Shown here: one piece after another, positions 45,255 to 56,974 of the stretch
Numbering within the stretch: the first letter of the stretch is position 1
Layout: each line of letters begins with the position of its first letter
DNA from: Candidatus Saccharibacteria bacterium RIFCSPHIGHO2_12_FULL_41_12
GTDB lineage: Bacteria > Patescibacteriota > Saccharimonadia > Saccharimonadales > 2-12-FULL-41-12
Length of the DNA stretch: 64,000 bases
Direction of reading: 5' to 3'
Assembly (NCBI GenBank): GCA_001790445.1
Contig: MGCQ01000009.1
Coordinates: 150,500 to 214,499 of the forward strand
Program-made: the position numbers and the translations under genes
Notes under the pieces: model-generated
Told to the model about the DNA's origin: nothing
The model's input: the letters and a program-made list of their open reading frames with translations, nothing else
Databases searched by the model: none

Positions 45255-46085
45255 ATGTTAAAGATTTTTAAAATTAATTTAAATAAACCAAAAATTATTG
45301 CTTGCTTGTCTCTTGGCCTACTTATTTCAATGAGTTGGCTCGGTGTGGCATTTTCTCAGACTGTCAGTGAGGGTTACTTGTCTGACGTAGTTATGCAAAG
45401 AGGAATGCTAGTCGCCTCGCGAACAGATAATGTCCAAAAAGTAGAATTATTAACTGGTCAAAATCTAGACAAAATACGCGGAGTAGTCATTAACAAAAAC
45501 GATTCCCCTGTAACTTTGAGTGCAGACAACGAACAGATCTTTGTGTCTAATTCTGGCGTTCATGAAGTTGTCGTAAGTGACGAAAATGGTGATATTAAAA
45601 AAGGTGATCTTATCAGTATTTCTTCTGTAGCAGGCATTGGTACTAAGGCAGGGAATCAACAAACTATTGTTGTGGGGCGTGCCGAAAGCGCATTTGACCA
45701 AAAAACAGGCGCGCTGGGCTCGATTGTCAGCAATAACAAGACAGTTCAAATCAGTCGTATCCCAGTAAATATAGCAATTGATAAGAACCCTTTGCACAAA
45801 AACCCTAGCAGTAATGTGCCCGAAATACTTGCCCGAGCCAGTCGAGGAATAGCCAATAGAGACGTTAGTATGCCCAGAATATACATTGCATTTACGCTAC
45901 TGATAATATCGTCTTTAATATCGGGAACGCTACTATATGGAGCAGTCCGCGGGAGTATAATATCGATCGGGCGTAACCCTTTGTCCAAAAGCATGATTAT
46001 AAAAAACCTTATCCAAGTTATCATCACTAGTTTTATCATTTTTATTATAGGGTTATTTGCGGTATACTTGATCCTAAGATTGTAA
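45255..46085 (+). CDS. Membrane protein: signal-anchor + about 190-aa extracytoplasmic domain + C-terminal F-ATPase subunit-c-like helical hairpin lacking the ion-binding carboxylate
   Basis: 276 aa. The C-terminal 65 aa, IAFTLLIISSLISGTLLYGAVRGSIISIGRNPLSKSMIIKNLIQVIITSFIIFIIGLFAVYLILRL, aligns by eye with subunit c (....G.G......IARQPE......M.IG.AL.EA......). IGRNPL sits at the polar loop, and there is no Asp/Glu in helix 2. It lies 19 nt upstream of the b-like gene. Confidence 0.4.
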   Translation: MLKIFKINLNKPKIIACLSLGLLISMSWLGVAFSQTVSEGYLSDVVMQRGMLVASRTDNVQKVELLTGQNLDKIRGVVINKNDSPVTLSADNEQIFVSNSGVHEVVVSDENGDIKKGDLISISSVAGIGTKAGNQQTIVVGRAESAFDQKTGALGSIVSNNKTVQISRIPVNIAIDKNPLHKNPSSNVPEILARASRGIANRDVSMPRIYIAFTLLIISSLISGTLLYGAVRGSIISIGRNPLSKSMIIKNLIQVIITSFIIFIIGLFAVYLILRL

Positions 46086-46104
46086 CTTATAAACGAGGTG
46101 GGAT

Positions 46105-46731
46105 ATGTCAGGGTGGTTGAATACAATTTTAGTTGTTGGCTCACTGGTGTCTGTGACCTTGGCTTTTATTTGGGTTGCCATAAAAGTTGGTCAATCGCCA
46201 GGTCCCAAGAAAACTAGAGATAACCAAGATCTTGCTGGGGCGGCAGAAGATGACGTAGAGCATATTTTTAATGACGAATTTAGAGAAGAGCTACGCAATA
46301 GAGGGCGTCTTCACTTTGAAAAAATTATTAGCGACAGCGCGATGTTTTTGCAACAAGATCTAAGACTGACAGCTTCTCAAATTAATGAATTTATGAAGAA
46401 AGAGATAACTTCAACACTTCAGGAAACGTTTACCAAATACGAAGAATCAATCATGGATGCCAAACAGGTGGCTCTAGAGACAATCAAAAAAACCCAAGAA
46501 TCTGTTGAAGAGCAAAGGGTAATGATGAACGAACAAGTCCGGGCAGAAATCGAAAAGGAAAAGAAACGGACTGTGGAGCAGTTTGACAAAAACTTGTCGG
46601 AAATAGTTAATCACTATTTGATTGCTGCAATTGGCAATCAAGTTAGCATAGACGACCAAATGGACTTTATATTGGGCGAACTGGAAAATAATAAGCAACA
46701 GATTTTAGAGGATATTAAGTCGAGCTATTGA
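46105..46731 (+). CDS. atpF: F-type ATPase peripheral-stalk subunit b-like protein
   Basis: 208 aa. A single N-terminal TM is followed by a long charged coiled-coil. SD GAGGTG. The position is immediately before the delta-like gene. Confidence 0.5.
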   Translation: MSGWLNTILVVGSLVSVTLAFIWVAIKVGQSPGPKKTRDNQDLAGAAEDDVEHIFNDEFREELRNRGRLHFEKIISDSAMFLQQDLRLTASQINEFMKKEITSTLQETFTKYEESIMDAKQVALETIKKTQESVEEQRVMMNEQVRAEIEKEKKRTVEQFDKNLSEIVNHYLIAAIGNQVSIDDQMDFILGELENNKQQILEDIKSSY

Positions 46732-46741
46732 CGACATTGCC

Positions 46742-47242
46742 ATGAATAAAAAAGAACAACCAGTTTTTAAGTTAAGTGATCGTATCTTGACAAATATTGA
46801 TTTGGCCAGAGCGATCCGACAGACTAAACAACTTGATGATTATTTTCATCAAAATAATCTTCGTGGTGGGGGTCAACCGACTGCCATATCAAAAGCAGGA
46901 CGTGTTGTAGAAGATTTAGCGCGTGACAATAATCTTTCCATTCTTGAGAAGAAAGACAGGAAACTACTTCTTAAACAGTTGGCAGTAATACAGGAGCATG
47001 CGCCCGTGGTGCATTTTAGCTTTCCTTCGGAGCCTTCACGTGGGGCGCTAGCTAATATTGTCGGTTGGCTGAGGAATAATGTAAATTTTTACTGTCTTGT
47101 CAGCGTGGGACTTGAGCCAATTATCGGCATTGGCTGCATTGTTCGCACAGAGAATAAAATCTTTGACTGCAGTCTTAAAAATCGGCTGAACGGCAACAAA
47201 GATCTGCTTAAGCAAGTTATACAAAAGGCAACAAAGTCGTGA
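46742..47242 (+). CDS. atpH: F-type ATPase subunit delta (OSCP)-like protein
   Basis: 166 aa. The C-terminal half, VHFSFPSEP...[31 protein letters not shown], follows the OSCP pattern (V.SA..L......V...VDP.LIGG..V..G....D.S....L). Confidence 0.5.
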   Translation: MNKKEQPVFKLSDRILTNIDLARAIRQTKQLDDYFHQNNLRGGGQPTAISKAGRVVEDLARDNNLSILEKKDRKLLLKQLAVIQEHAPVVHFSFPSEPSRGALANIVGWLRNNVNFYCLVSVGLEPIIGIGCIVRTENKIFDCSLKNRLNGNKDLLKQVIQKATKS

Positions 47243-48665
47243 GTGAAAACCAGACCAATTTCCAGAAAATTATAGATAGCGGTAAGCCTGTTGGTGAAGT
47301 TATCGGAGTTGATAAGTTTTTAGTCAAGGTGAAGGGTTTGCACCCAGTTCAGATACATTCACTTGTAATGTTTGAAGATGGCAGTAAAGGCATAGTCAAA
47401 CAAGTTGATGAGCAAACAGTTTCGGTCTTACATCTAGGAGACGAGACAGTTCAGAGAGGTTCTTTGGTCGGGGTCCAGCATCAAGAACTAGTGACCAAAG
47501 TAGGTAAAGAATATATTGGTAGGGTGGTCTCAGTCATGGGTAAACCGCTTGACGGCAAAGGCCCGATTGTGGCAGATGGAACATGGCCAGTTTTTTCTCC
47601 TGCTCCACCGCTTTGGAGCCGCAAACTTCTGGACAAACAACTTGATAGCGGAGTGACGACAGTTGATTCAATTTTTCCACTTGTTCGAGGCCAGAGAATA
47701 GCTGTTTTGGGAGATAGTAAATCCGGCAAAACGACGCTGGCAACCCAACTTGCCATCAACCAAAAAAATACTGATCAGATAGTCGTTTATTGCATGATTG
47801 CAAAAAGGCGAAGTGATATAGATGCAATAATCACAAAATTAGAGGCTACCGGAGGAATTGAGTCAGCTATCGTCGTTGTATCAACTATGTTTGAATCTCT
47901 GATAATGAGTTATTTAGCGCCGTACGTCGCTGTATCTATGGCAGAATATCTTTGGCAAAAATGTGACCAAGATACGATTATTATTTATGATGATTTGACT
48001 TCTCATGCACATGCCTGTCGAGAGATCGCGCTTTTATCTGGGACCAGCCCGGGTAGAGACTCATATCCTGGTGATATGTTTTATGCGCACTCAAGTTTGT
48101 TGGAGCGCGCCGGAAGGCTTGAGAGTAATGGGAGTTGTTTGACGAGTATACCTATTGTATTAGCTGCAGGAGGAGATATCACAGCTTATTTGCCCACTAA
48201 CATTATGTCTATAACAGATGGTCAGTGGATTTTGGACATGGATGTTTTTAGAAGTGGTGTGCGTCCTGCATTTAGCATTGGGCTGAGTGTGACACGTGTG
48301 GGTGGAGTGGGTCATAACAAGCGACAAAAGCACATAGCAGCCTCGCTTATGAAGGTTTTAGCGTTATATCGTGAAGCAGAAGAATTTTCTCACTTTGGGT
48401 CAGAACTTACACCAGAGTCAAAAGCTGCTCTAGAGCTGGGAAAGAATATTTTTGCCTTGTTAAGTCAAGGACCAACAGACGTGTACAGTACTTACGCTCA
48501 GCAACTCATGCTTGACATAGTTATGGAAGCTGAAGCAGGTCTAAAGATTGATATACCTAAGCTTAAAAGTCTTGCTAACGAGTATTCTGAAAAAATCCAA
48601 AAGGATGAAGATTATGATAAAGTCAGGGACAATCTCAAGAAAATGATACTGGTGGAGGTTAAAAA

Positions 48666-48669
<4 letters not shown>
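47239..48669 (+). CDS. atpA: F1-ATPase alpha-subunit homologue (divergent, short)
   Basis: 476 aa. Motifs: [18 protein letters not shown] (Walker A), [11 protein letters not shown] (Walker B region), [35 protein letters not shown]. Confidence 0.85.
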
Positions 48670-50829
<2,160 letters not shown>

Positions 50830-50838
50830 AAATATTAA

Positions 50839-51144
50839 ATGATGGCAAAAGATACTACAGTTAAACCTGATGAGAAGTTAAACCAAGAGCAGTCGCTTCC
50901 TAAAGATCTCACGGTCAAACTTTATTCGCCCTACAAAGTTTATTTTAATGATTTGGCAGATACTGTCTCTGCAGTGAATAGAACAGGCCCATTTGATATT
51001 CTTTTGGGTCACCATAATTTTCTGACGTTGTTAGAACAATGTGAAGTTGTTATTCGTAATAAAAAAAATATTCAAAAATTCAAGATATCCAGAGGGATTA
51101 TGCACGTCAAAAAGAATAAAGTAACGATATTTCTTGACGTCTAA
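50839..51144 (+). CDS. atpC: F1-ATPase epsilon-subunit homologue (beta-sandwich only)
   Basis: 101 aa. LTVKLYSPYKVYFNDLADTVSAVNRTGPFDILLGHHNFLTLLEQCEVVI...ISRGIMHVKKNKVTIFLD follows the epsilon N-domain pattern. There is no C-terminal helical hairpin. Confidence 0.65.
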   Translation: MMAKDTTVKPDEKLNQEQSLPKDLTVKLYSPYKVYFNDLADTVSAVNRTGPFDILLGHHNFLTLLEQCEVVIRNKKNIQKFKISRGIMHVKKNKVTIFLDV

Positions 51145-51166
51145 AATTAGTTTTAACATCGTTGCA

Positions 51167-51189
51167 ATTAAAGCCTGGAAGGCTTTAAT
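51167..51189 (+). terminator. Hairpin after atpC
   Basis: ATTAAAGCC-tggaa-GGCTTTAAT. There is no clear T-run, and the repeat element follows immediately. Confidence 0.4.
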
Positions 51190-51193
51190 CACC

Positions 51194-51630
51194 ATACTTT
51201 CTTGTACTAACAAGAAAGTATGCAAAGAAATAGCAGGCTGTTGACCAGACTTGATGGGATTTCTTGTCGAGGATTACAACAGCTTGCGGAACTCCCCTCC
51301 GTGGCCTTCGGCGACGAAGGGTCAGACAGTCCTCGCCTAATAGTTGTAATCTCGACGAAATCTCTCAGGTCTGCTCAAGGCCTGACCAACAATCTGTATA
51401 TTTTCTATGAAAATATTATTAATACTTTAGACTACTTATTTAGCCCCTTTTAAAAACACCTTCGGTTATTGCAACTACAAACAGATTAATCTGAGGACCA
51501 GGGCTTGTCCCCGACTGGAAGGAGTCCCGGAAGAGTAGTCTGTTTGTAGTTGTAATAAGCTAGGGTAATTGTTTTTAAACCGGGGTGGCACTTTTTGCTT
51601 ACTTTTTCTTGCTAGAGAGAAAAAGTAAGG
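51194..51630 (+). repeat. Intergenic structured repeat element, full-length copy B (inverted relative to copy A)
   Basis: Left hairpin ATACTTTCTTGTactaACAAGAAAGTAT, then GCAAAGAAATAGCAGGCTG. A long imperfect hairpin spans 51246-51373. The core GAGGACCAGGGCTTGTCCCCGACTGGAAGGAGTCCC is at 51493-51528. The right hairpin is TTACTTTTTCTTGCTAGAGAGAAAAAGTAAGG. The 77-aa ORF listed inside is a shadow. Confidence 0.8.
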
Positions 51631-51761
51631 TGATAGAAGCCCTGCCAAGGGCTTAGCGCAAGAGATTATTATATATCTGTTATACTATCGTTTTTGTCGA
51701 CACAAAAATGGAACAAGAAATTGCTTGCTTGCAAGCCTGCTAAAAGATGAAAAAAAGATAA

Positions 51762-52712
51762 TCAGTCGATGACTATGTAATCAAATGCAAAGCTAGATCC
51801 TGCAGGCGCTGGGCTGGAGGTGCAGATACTAAAATTAGAAGATGATTTATTAATGTAGTAATTTATGTCGCCACCTGCAGAACCGACAGGGGTGATTGCT
51901 ATATGAGGTGAGTTGAATTTTTGGGTGAAATTAATAGTTGCAAAACAACCAGCACCGGGACCACCACCAATATTTACGTTAACAGTGCCAGCCGTATCTG
52001 TGCCACTTATTGATGATGTTCCTCCGCTTCCCAGAGCGCCACCATTACTTCGGCTAGGAGTACCCCCGCCTGCGTCGATATGACGATTAAGCAAAATGTC
52101 TCCATTAATTTGCAGAGTTTGAATATTGAGGGAAGAAGCTGTTAATATACCACCTACACTGAGCGGACCACTTACACTCATGCCTTTTTGTACACTAAGT
52201 TGCCCCTGTATTGTTGTATTGCCTGCTATCTGAAGATTGTTAACTTGTACGTGGTCAAAATTACTTGTTCCTGATACTGATATGCCAGGTAGGCTGAGCG
52301 ATCCACCAACTTTGATCTGTCCAGCTACTTCCAGATTATCTCTAATTAGTACCTTGCCAGCAAATATGGCATTCGACTCAACACTAAGAGTTTGCTTGGG
52401 ACTGCCAACTTTGACATCGGTTTCTTTGAGTTTGTCCATAGTGTTTTGGTCAAGAGCAGTGCTTTTAACTGAGGAATCAGGGTTTGCAACTTTAGCTTTA
52501 TAAAAAGCAAAAAAACTGGCAACACCGGCGATTATGATTAATAATATAAATCCTAATAAATATATATTGAGTTTACCGATGAGCTTTTGTAGCGAAAACG
52601 ACCTTTTAGGTTTTTGGACGGGCGTTTCTTCCGGAACGTTTTCTTCACTTGTCTCTATAGCTTCTAAGTCATCAACGCTAATATTTTCTTCTGGCTTATT
52701 TTCTTCTTCCAT
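51762..52712 (-). CDS. Membrane-anchored protein with beta-helix-like (bactofilin/polymer-forming-like) repeats
   Basis: ORF 51762-52808. I prefer ATG 52712 (MEEENKPE). It has an acidic N-terminus and one TM (IYLLGFILLIIIAGVASFFAF). Short repeats follow: LEVAGQIKVGGSLSLPGISVSGTSNFDHVQVNNLQIAGNTTIQGQLSVQKGMSVSGPLSVGGILTASSLNIQTLQINGDILL. Confidence 0.5.
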   Translation of the reverse strand: MEEENKPEENISVDDLEAIETSEENVPEETPVQKPKRSFSLQKLIGKLNIYLLGFILLIIIAGVASFFAFYKAKVANPDSSVKSTALDQNTMDKLKETDVKVGSPKQTLSVESNAIFAGKVLIRDNLEVAGQIKVGGSLSLPGISVSGTSNFDHVQVNNLQIAGNTTIQGQLSVQKGMSVSGPLSVGGILTASSLNIQTLQINGDILLNRHIDAGGGTPSRSNGGALGSGGTSSISGTDTAGTVNVNIGGGPGAGCFATINFTQKFNSPHIAITPVGSAGGDINYYINKSSSNFSICTSSPAPAGSSFAFDYIVID

Positions 52713-52842
52713 ACCACTTCCGTTATTACTATAGCAATTATAAACCATAGCATAAGCAATACCAACTTGCCCCGTACTTAGATGGGCTTGTTGTATTTTT
52801 TGACGCAAAGTGGCACAATAAACAATATAGTGGGGTTAACAT

Positions 52843-53517
52843 ATGAGGTATCATTATCAACTTGATCACCATCATCAAAAGAAATTTTTAAGACGCACAA
52901 GCTGGTTCTTAATATTTGTTATTGTTTGTATAGTAGGTTTTGCTGGTTATGCGTATATTGATAACCTCAATGAATCTAGCGCAAATACAGAAGAAAAGAC
53001 TACTTCAGGTGCTAGTGCTGGTTATTTTGCTCCTGCCGTGGGTATCATCCGTAGTCCATACTTCCAGTTTCAAGCTAATAAATCGTGGGCACAAGCAACT
53101 AGTGATTCTACCGGCAACAAATTTGTTTATCGTAGCCTCAGAGACTCATTAATAGAGAGAGAACTGACTATTTATGTTAATGGTTCTCCTAGTTTGTCCG
53201 CTACAAGAGTATTACCAGTCAACTTGAAGGGAACTGCAGAATTCTTGCCTCAAGCCGTGTCAGACCACTGTGGCAAGACATTTCCTACAAAACAACAATC
53301 AATTCAGTCAGTTACTCTGGACAGGGTAAACTTCAACTGTCAACCAGATAGTACAGCTTACACAGTTTTTGTTGGACTAGTTGGAGGTAGCACCCAGATA
53401 GCTTTAACTAGACCAAATGGTCAAAAGGCGATGTACACTATTTATTATAGCGACGTAACCGCTACGCCAAGTGTCAGCCATTTATCAGAAATTATTAGCA
53501 CTTTTCAAGCAAGGTGA
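52843..53517 (+). CDS. Hypothetical signal-anchored protein (first gene of surface cluster)
   Basis: 224 aa. N-terminal TM (WFLIFVIVCIVGFAGYAYI) followed by an extracytoplasmic domain. Confidence 0.4.
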   Translation: MRYHYQLDHHHQKKFLRRTSWFLIFVIVCIVGFAGYAYIDNLNESSANTEEKTTSGASAGYFAPAVGIIRSPYFQFQANKSWAQATSDSTGNKFVYRSLRDSLIERELTIYVNGSPSLSATRVLPVNLKGTAEFLPQAVSDHCGKTFPTKQQSIQSVTLDRVNFNCQPDSTAYTVFVGLVGGSTQIALTRPNGQKAMYTIYYSDVTATPSVSHLSEIISTFQAR

Positions 53518-53561
53518 CGATCTGTTGAGACCAATTTGCTTGTGGTATACTTTAAAATGTT

Positions 53562-54341
53562 ATGACAAATAATAAAAAGAGAGTAATAGCTTATGTATCA
53601 GGGCTTGTAGCAATAAGTTTTGCGTTCTCTGGTGTGGTGGTCGCACAGTTCACATCACCCAATTACAAGGTAGAAGAATCATATTTTGGCACTGGTGGAG
53701 AGCTTGAAACTATCTCCCCAAACTATAAATCACGCCAATCAACAGGATCTCTCGGCGTAGGCAATGGCTCCAGCGCTAACAATGACGCAACTTCCGGGTT
53801 TACTACGCCTTCAGATCCTTTTTTAGAGTTTGCAGTTTCTGGGGCAACAGTGGATTTGGGTACTCTTAGTGAGAGCTCGACATCTTCTGATGCAGCGCAG
53901 GCAGGAGCTTGCAACTGTTCGTTTTATGTACGTAGCTATATGTCACTTGGTTATTCTGTAATAACGGTTAGTCAGCCACCGACCAGCGAGAGTAACAACA
54001 GCTTGCAAGCCAAATCAGTCTTGGCCGTTCCCTCAACAGACCCTGATGTGGAAGAGTTCGGTATTAATGTAGTTAACAACACATCCCCTGATATAGGAGC
54101 GGATCCAATTAATGATCCTGATGGTACTTTTGCAGATGGACAGGCAAGTACTGGCTATAGTACTCCAAACCAATTCAAATACAGTGCAGGAGATATTATT
54201 GCTAGCTCACCAGCAACCGCAGGTAATCAAGGTGTTGGAAAGACCAACTATACCATTTCATATATAGCCAAGATCAGCCGTATGTCAAAGGCCGGAAGCT
54301 ATGTTATGAACCATGATCTTGTGGCGGTGCCAACCTTTTAG
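53562..54341 (+). CDS. Secreted protein, WxL-like C-terminal strand (…GSYVMNHDLVAVPTF)
   Basis: 259 aa. Signal peptide. Duplicated SPNYK motif. It ends in G-S-Y-x6-L-V-A-V-P-T-F followed by a stop. Confidence 0.45.
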   Translation: MTNNKKRVIAYVSGLVAISFAFSGVVVAQFTSPNYKVEESYFGTGGELETISPNYKSRQSTGSLGVGNGSSANNDATSGFTTPSDPFLEFAVSGATVDLGTLSESSTSSDAAQAGACNCSFYVRSYMSLGYSVITVSQPPTSESNNSLQAKSVLAVPSTDPDVEEFGINVVNNTSPDIGADPINDPDGTFADGQASTGYSTPNQFKYSAGDIIASSPATAGNQGVGKTNYTISYIAKISRMSKAGSYVMNHDLVAVPTF

Positions 54342-54458
54342 TAATACACTAATGATCTAAACTGTGGATAACTAGTTGATTGTTATTTCCGTTTATGGTA
54401 AAACTAAAGCTGAGTTTAATCAAAAACAAAAACAACAGAAATAAAACAAGGAGCAAAA

Positions 54459-55811
54459 ATGCCAAACATATTTTCATCAAAGGATCTTCAGACGGGATAT
54501 CAGCGAGTTATCCTAGGGCTTTTGATCTTGGTCCTAGCTGTCGCAGGACTTACACCCTTGATGTCTTCTAAGGCATCAGCGCTAACACTTACTTCACGTA
54601 AGGTAACTGTGTCAACTTCAGGAGCGGATGCGACTGGCACTACATACTCATTTGCCTTCTCAGCAGCTACCGCATCGCCTATACAGTCTATGAGCTTCCA
54701 ATTCTGTAATACTCCGCTTGGTACATGTGTGCTCCCCGGTACTGACGGATCACCTACAGCAGCAGAAAAGATTGATGTATCACATGTTACAGCCGCTCCA
54801 GGAGCTTTCACGGGTACTACAGGAACAGCTTTCGCTGAATATACAGGTGCCGATGCTGGTGGATGTGACCAATCTGACGGTGGGTCAGGCGTAGCAACAC
54901 AATTTTGTGTTACTCGTACTGAGGCTACTTCAGAAGCAGCCGCAGCCAAAACCTTTGTTATCTCTGGAATTTCTAACCCAATTATTACCAATACTACATA
55001 TGAGACAGTTTATGTTCGAATAGTTACTTACTCTGACACGGCTTTCGCTACATCTGTTGACTCAGGTATCGTAGCAGCTGGTATAACCCAACAGTTGACA
55101 GTTAACGGACGCGTCCAAGAGCGACTTGAGTTCTGTGTAGCAGCTATCGACGACGGCGGTGCTACTGACACAACGCTACCTGCAGCATGCTCAGCCGCCC
55201 CTGCGACCACTACCATAGATATCGGAGTAGTTGATAACGTTACCCCAGTCAAAGCTCCTGTAACGGCGACGGCGACAAATGGCTCCAATGATGATTATGG
55301 TATAGCGATGATTAATACCAACGCATCAAGTGGCGTAGTCCTGACTTTCTTTGCGGAGGCAGACGCAGGTGCACCTGATACTGACCAAGAGCGATCTTTC
55401 AAAGTTGATAATGCTAACTGTGATCCAGTAGCTTCAACCCTAACTGATCAGTGTTTCCAGTCGGCAGCAGCAGGTGGTACAGGAACGACCATAACTTCTG
55501 CTAACGAGCGTTTCGGGCTTAACATACCATGTATCATGACTACCCAGGGAACAACTTCTAACATGGGTTCAGTCCCAGTCGGATACAGCAATACCGATGC
55601 TAACACTGCAAATGATCTAGATTGTGAGAATGATGATGTAGGTTTCTTGTTCGCCTGGAACGATACTTCAACAGCTGCAACTCTAGCTTCATCAGCATCA
55701 GTTGTAGATGATGAGATAGTCAAGCTAAGCTTCGGTGCATCTGCCGCAGCAACCACACCAACTGGTTCATATACTGTAGTTACTACTTACATAGCAACAC
55801 CTACATTCTAA
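54459..55811 (+). CDS. Secreted Thr/Ala-rich protein, WxL-like C-terminal strand (…GSYTVVTTYIATPTF)
   Basis: 450 aa. Signal peptide. SD AAGGAG. It is a paralogue of the next gene (SRKVTVSTS..YSFAF....IQSMSFQFCN vs SRSVAVGSS..HRFDF....MGSIEFEYCEN; TVYVRIVTYSD vs TVYVRISTFST). Confidence 0.45.
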   Translation: MPNIFSSKDLQTGYQRVILGLLILVLAVAGLTPLMSSKASALTLTSRKVTVSTSGADATGTTYSFAFSAATASPIQSMSFQFCNTPLGTCVLPGTDGSPTAAEKIDVSHVTAAPGAFTGTTGTAFAEYTGADAGGCDQSDGGSGVATQFCVTRTEATSEAAAAKTFVISGISNPIITNTTYETVYVRIVTYSDTAFATSVDSGIVAAGITQQLTVNGRVQERLEFCVAAIDDGGATDTTLPAACSAAPATTTIDIGVVDNVTPVKAPVTATATNGSNDDYGIAMINTNASSGVVLTFFAEADAGAPDTDQERSFKVDNANCDPVASTLTDQCFQSAAAGGTGTTITSANERFGLNIPCIMTTQGTTSNMGSVPVGYSNTDANTANDLDCENDDVGFLFAWNDTSTAATLASSASVVDDEIVKLSFGASAAATTPTGSYTVVTTYIATPTF

Positions 55812-55853
55812 AACATTTACGGAAACGTTAAAGCTTAGTTTAGAATAAGAAGT

Positions 55854-56900
55854 ATGTCTGTCTCAATAAGAACAAAGATACTTTCCTCGTCAATGGCATC
55901 ACTCATAATAGTGGTGTCATTGTTGAATTTGGCACATGGGGTAAAAGCTCTTGCTCTATCATCTAGGTCAGTTGCAGTAGGTAGTTCAAAATCCAGTGAA
56001 GTAACCTCTCATCGTTTTGATTTTACTCTTTCAACTATGGCTACAATGGGCTCAATAGAGTTTGAATATTGTGAGAATAATCCATTTGTTGGTACTGCCT
56101 GTTCTGCACCCCCAGGGTTATCATTGTCAGGGGTTGCTTTGGGTGCTCAATCAGGTGAAACTGGATTTAGTGTTGACGGTTCAAGCACAGCAAATAAAGT
56201 GGTGCTTACACGTCCTTCTATCCTCGCAACACCTACAGCTGTATCGTATACCCTGACTAATGCTGTTAACCCTAGCGAGAATAATAAAACAGTTTACGTG
56301 CGTATAAGCACTTTCTCCACAGTTGACGGCACTGGTCCGCGTACGGACTCTGGTGCAGTCGTATTTTCTACTGCCAGTGGGATATCTGTCGACGGGTTTG
56401 TTCCACCGTATTTGACACTTTGTGTAGGTGTGACTGTTGACTTAACTTGTCAAAGTGCATCAGGGACACAGCTGGATTTTGGAGAGTTTTCTACCAAGCA
56501 AACCAGGTCATTAACTTCACAGTTTGCCGCAGCTACTAATGACCCAGGTGGTTACTCTATGTTTGTAGCAGGCCCAACTATGACTTCTGGTAGTAATATC
56601 ATCCCAGCACTAGCTACCTCGAGCTCAAGCCAAATAGGCAAAAGTCAGTTCGGCATGAATCTTAGAGCAAATTCTAATCCATCTGTAGGCAGCGATAGTG
56701 CAGGCGTGGGGACAGCAGTCCCAACGGCGGGATTTGCAGTCCCAAACCAGTTCTCATTCAATAATCAGATAGTAGCTTTATCCCCCCTATCGACAGAGTT
56801 TAATCGATTTACTGCTAGCTATATAGTTAATATCTCTCCCAGCCAAAGTCCAGGAATTTACAACACGACGTTAACATATATAGCAACCGCAGCTTTCTAG
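55854..56900 (+). CDS. Secreted protein, WxL-like C-terminal strand (…GIYNTTLTYIATAAF)
   Basis: 348 aa. Signal peptide. Paralogue of 54459-55811. Confidence 0.45.
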   Translation: MSVSIRTKILSSSMASLIIVVSLLNLAHGVKALALSSRSVAVGSSKSSEVTSHRFDFTLSTMATMGSIEFEYCENNPFVGTACSAPPGLSLSGVALGAQSGETGFSVDGSSTANKVVLTRPSILATPTAVSYTLTNAVNPSENNKTVYVRISTFSTVDGTGPRTDSGAVVFSTASGISVDGFVPPYLTLCVGVTVDLTCQSASGTQLDFGEFSTKQTRSLTSQFAAATNDPGGYSMFVAGPTMTSGSNIIPALATSSSSQIGKSQFGMNLRANSNPSVGSDSAGVGTAVPTAGFAVPNQFSFNNQIVALSPLSTEFNRFTASYIVNISPSQSPGIYNTTLTYIATAAF

Positions 56901-56974
56901 GAAACCACAGTTTGCAAATCTCCGCGGGGTACTCTATAATTTTATTAAATAATGCCAACAAGGGGAGATGTTCA

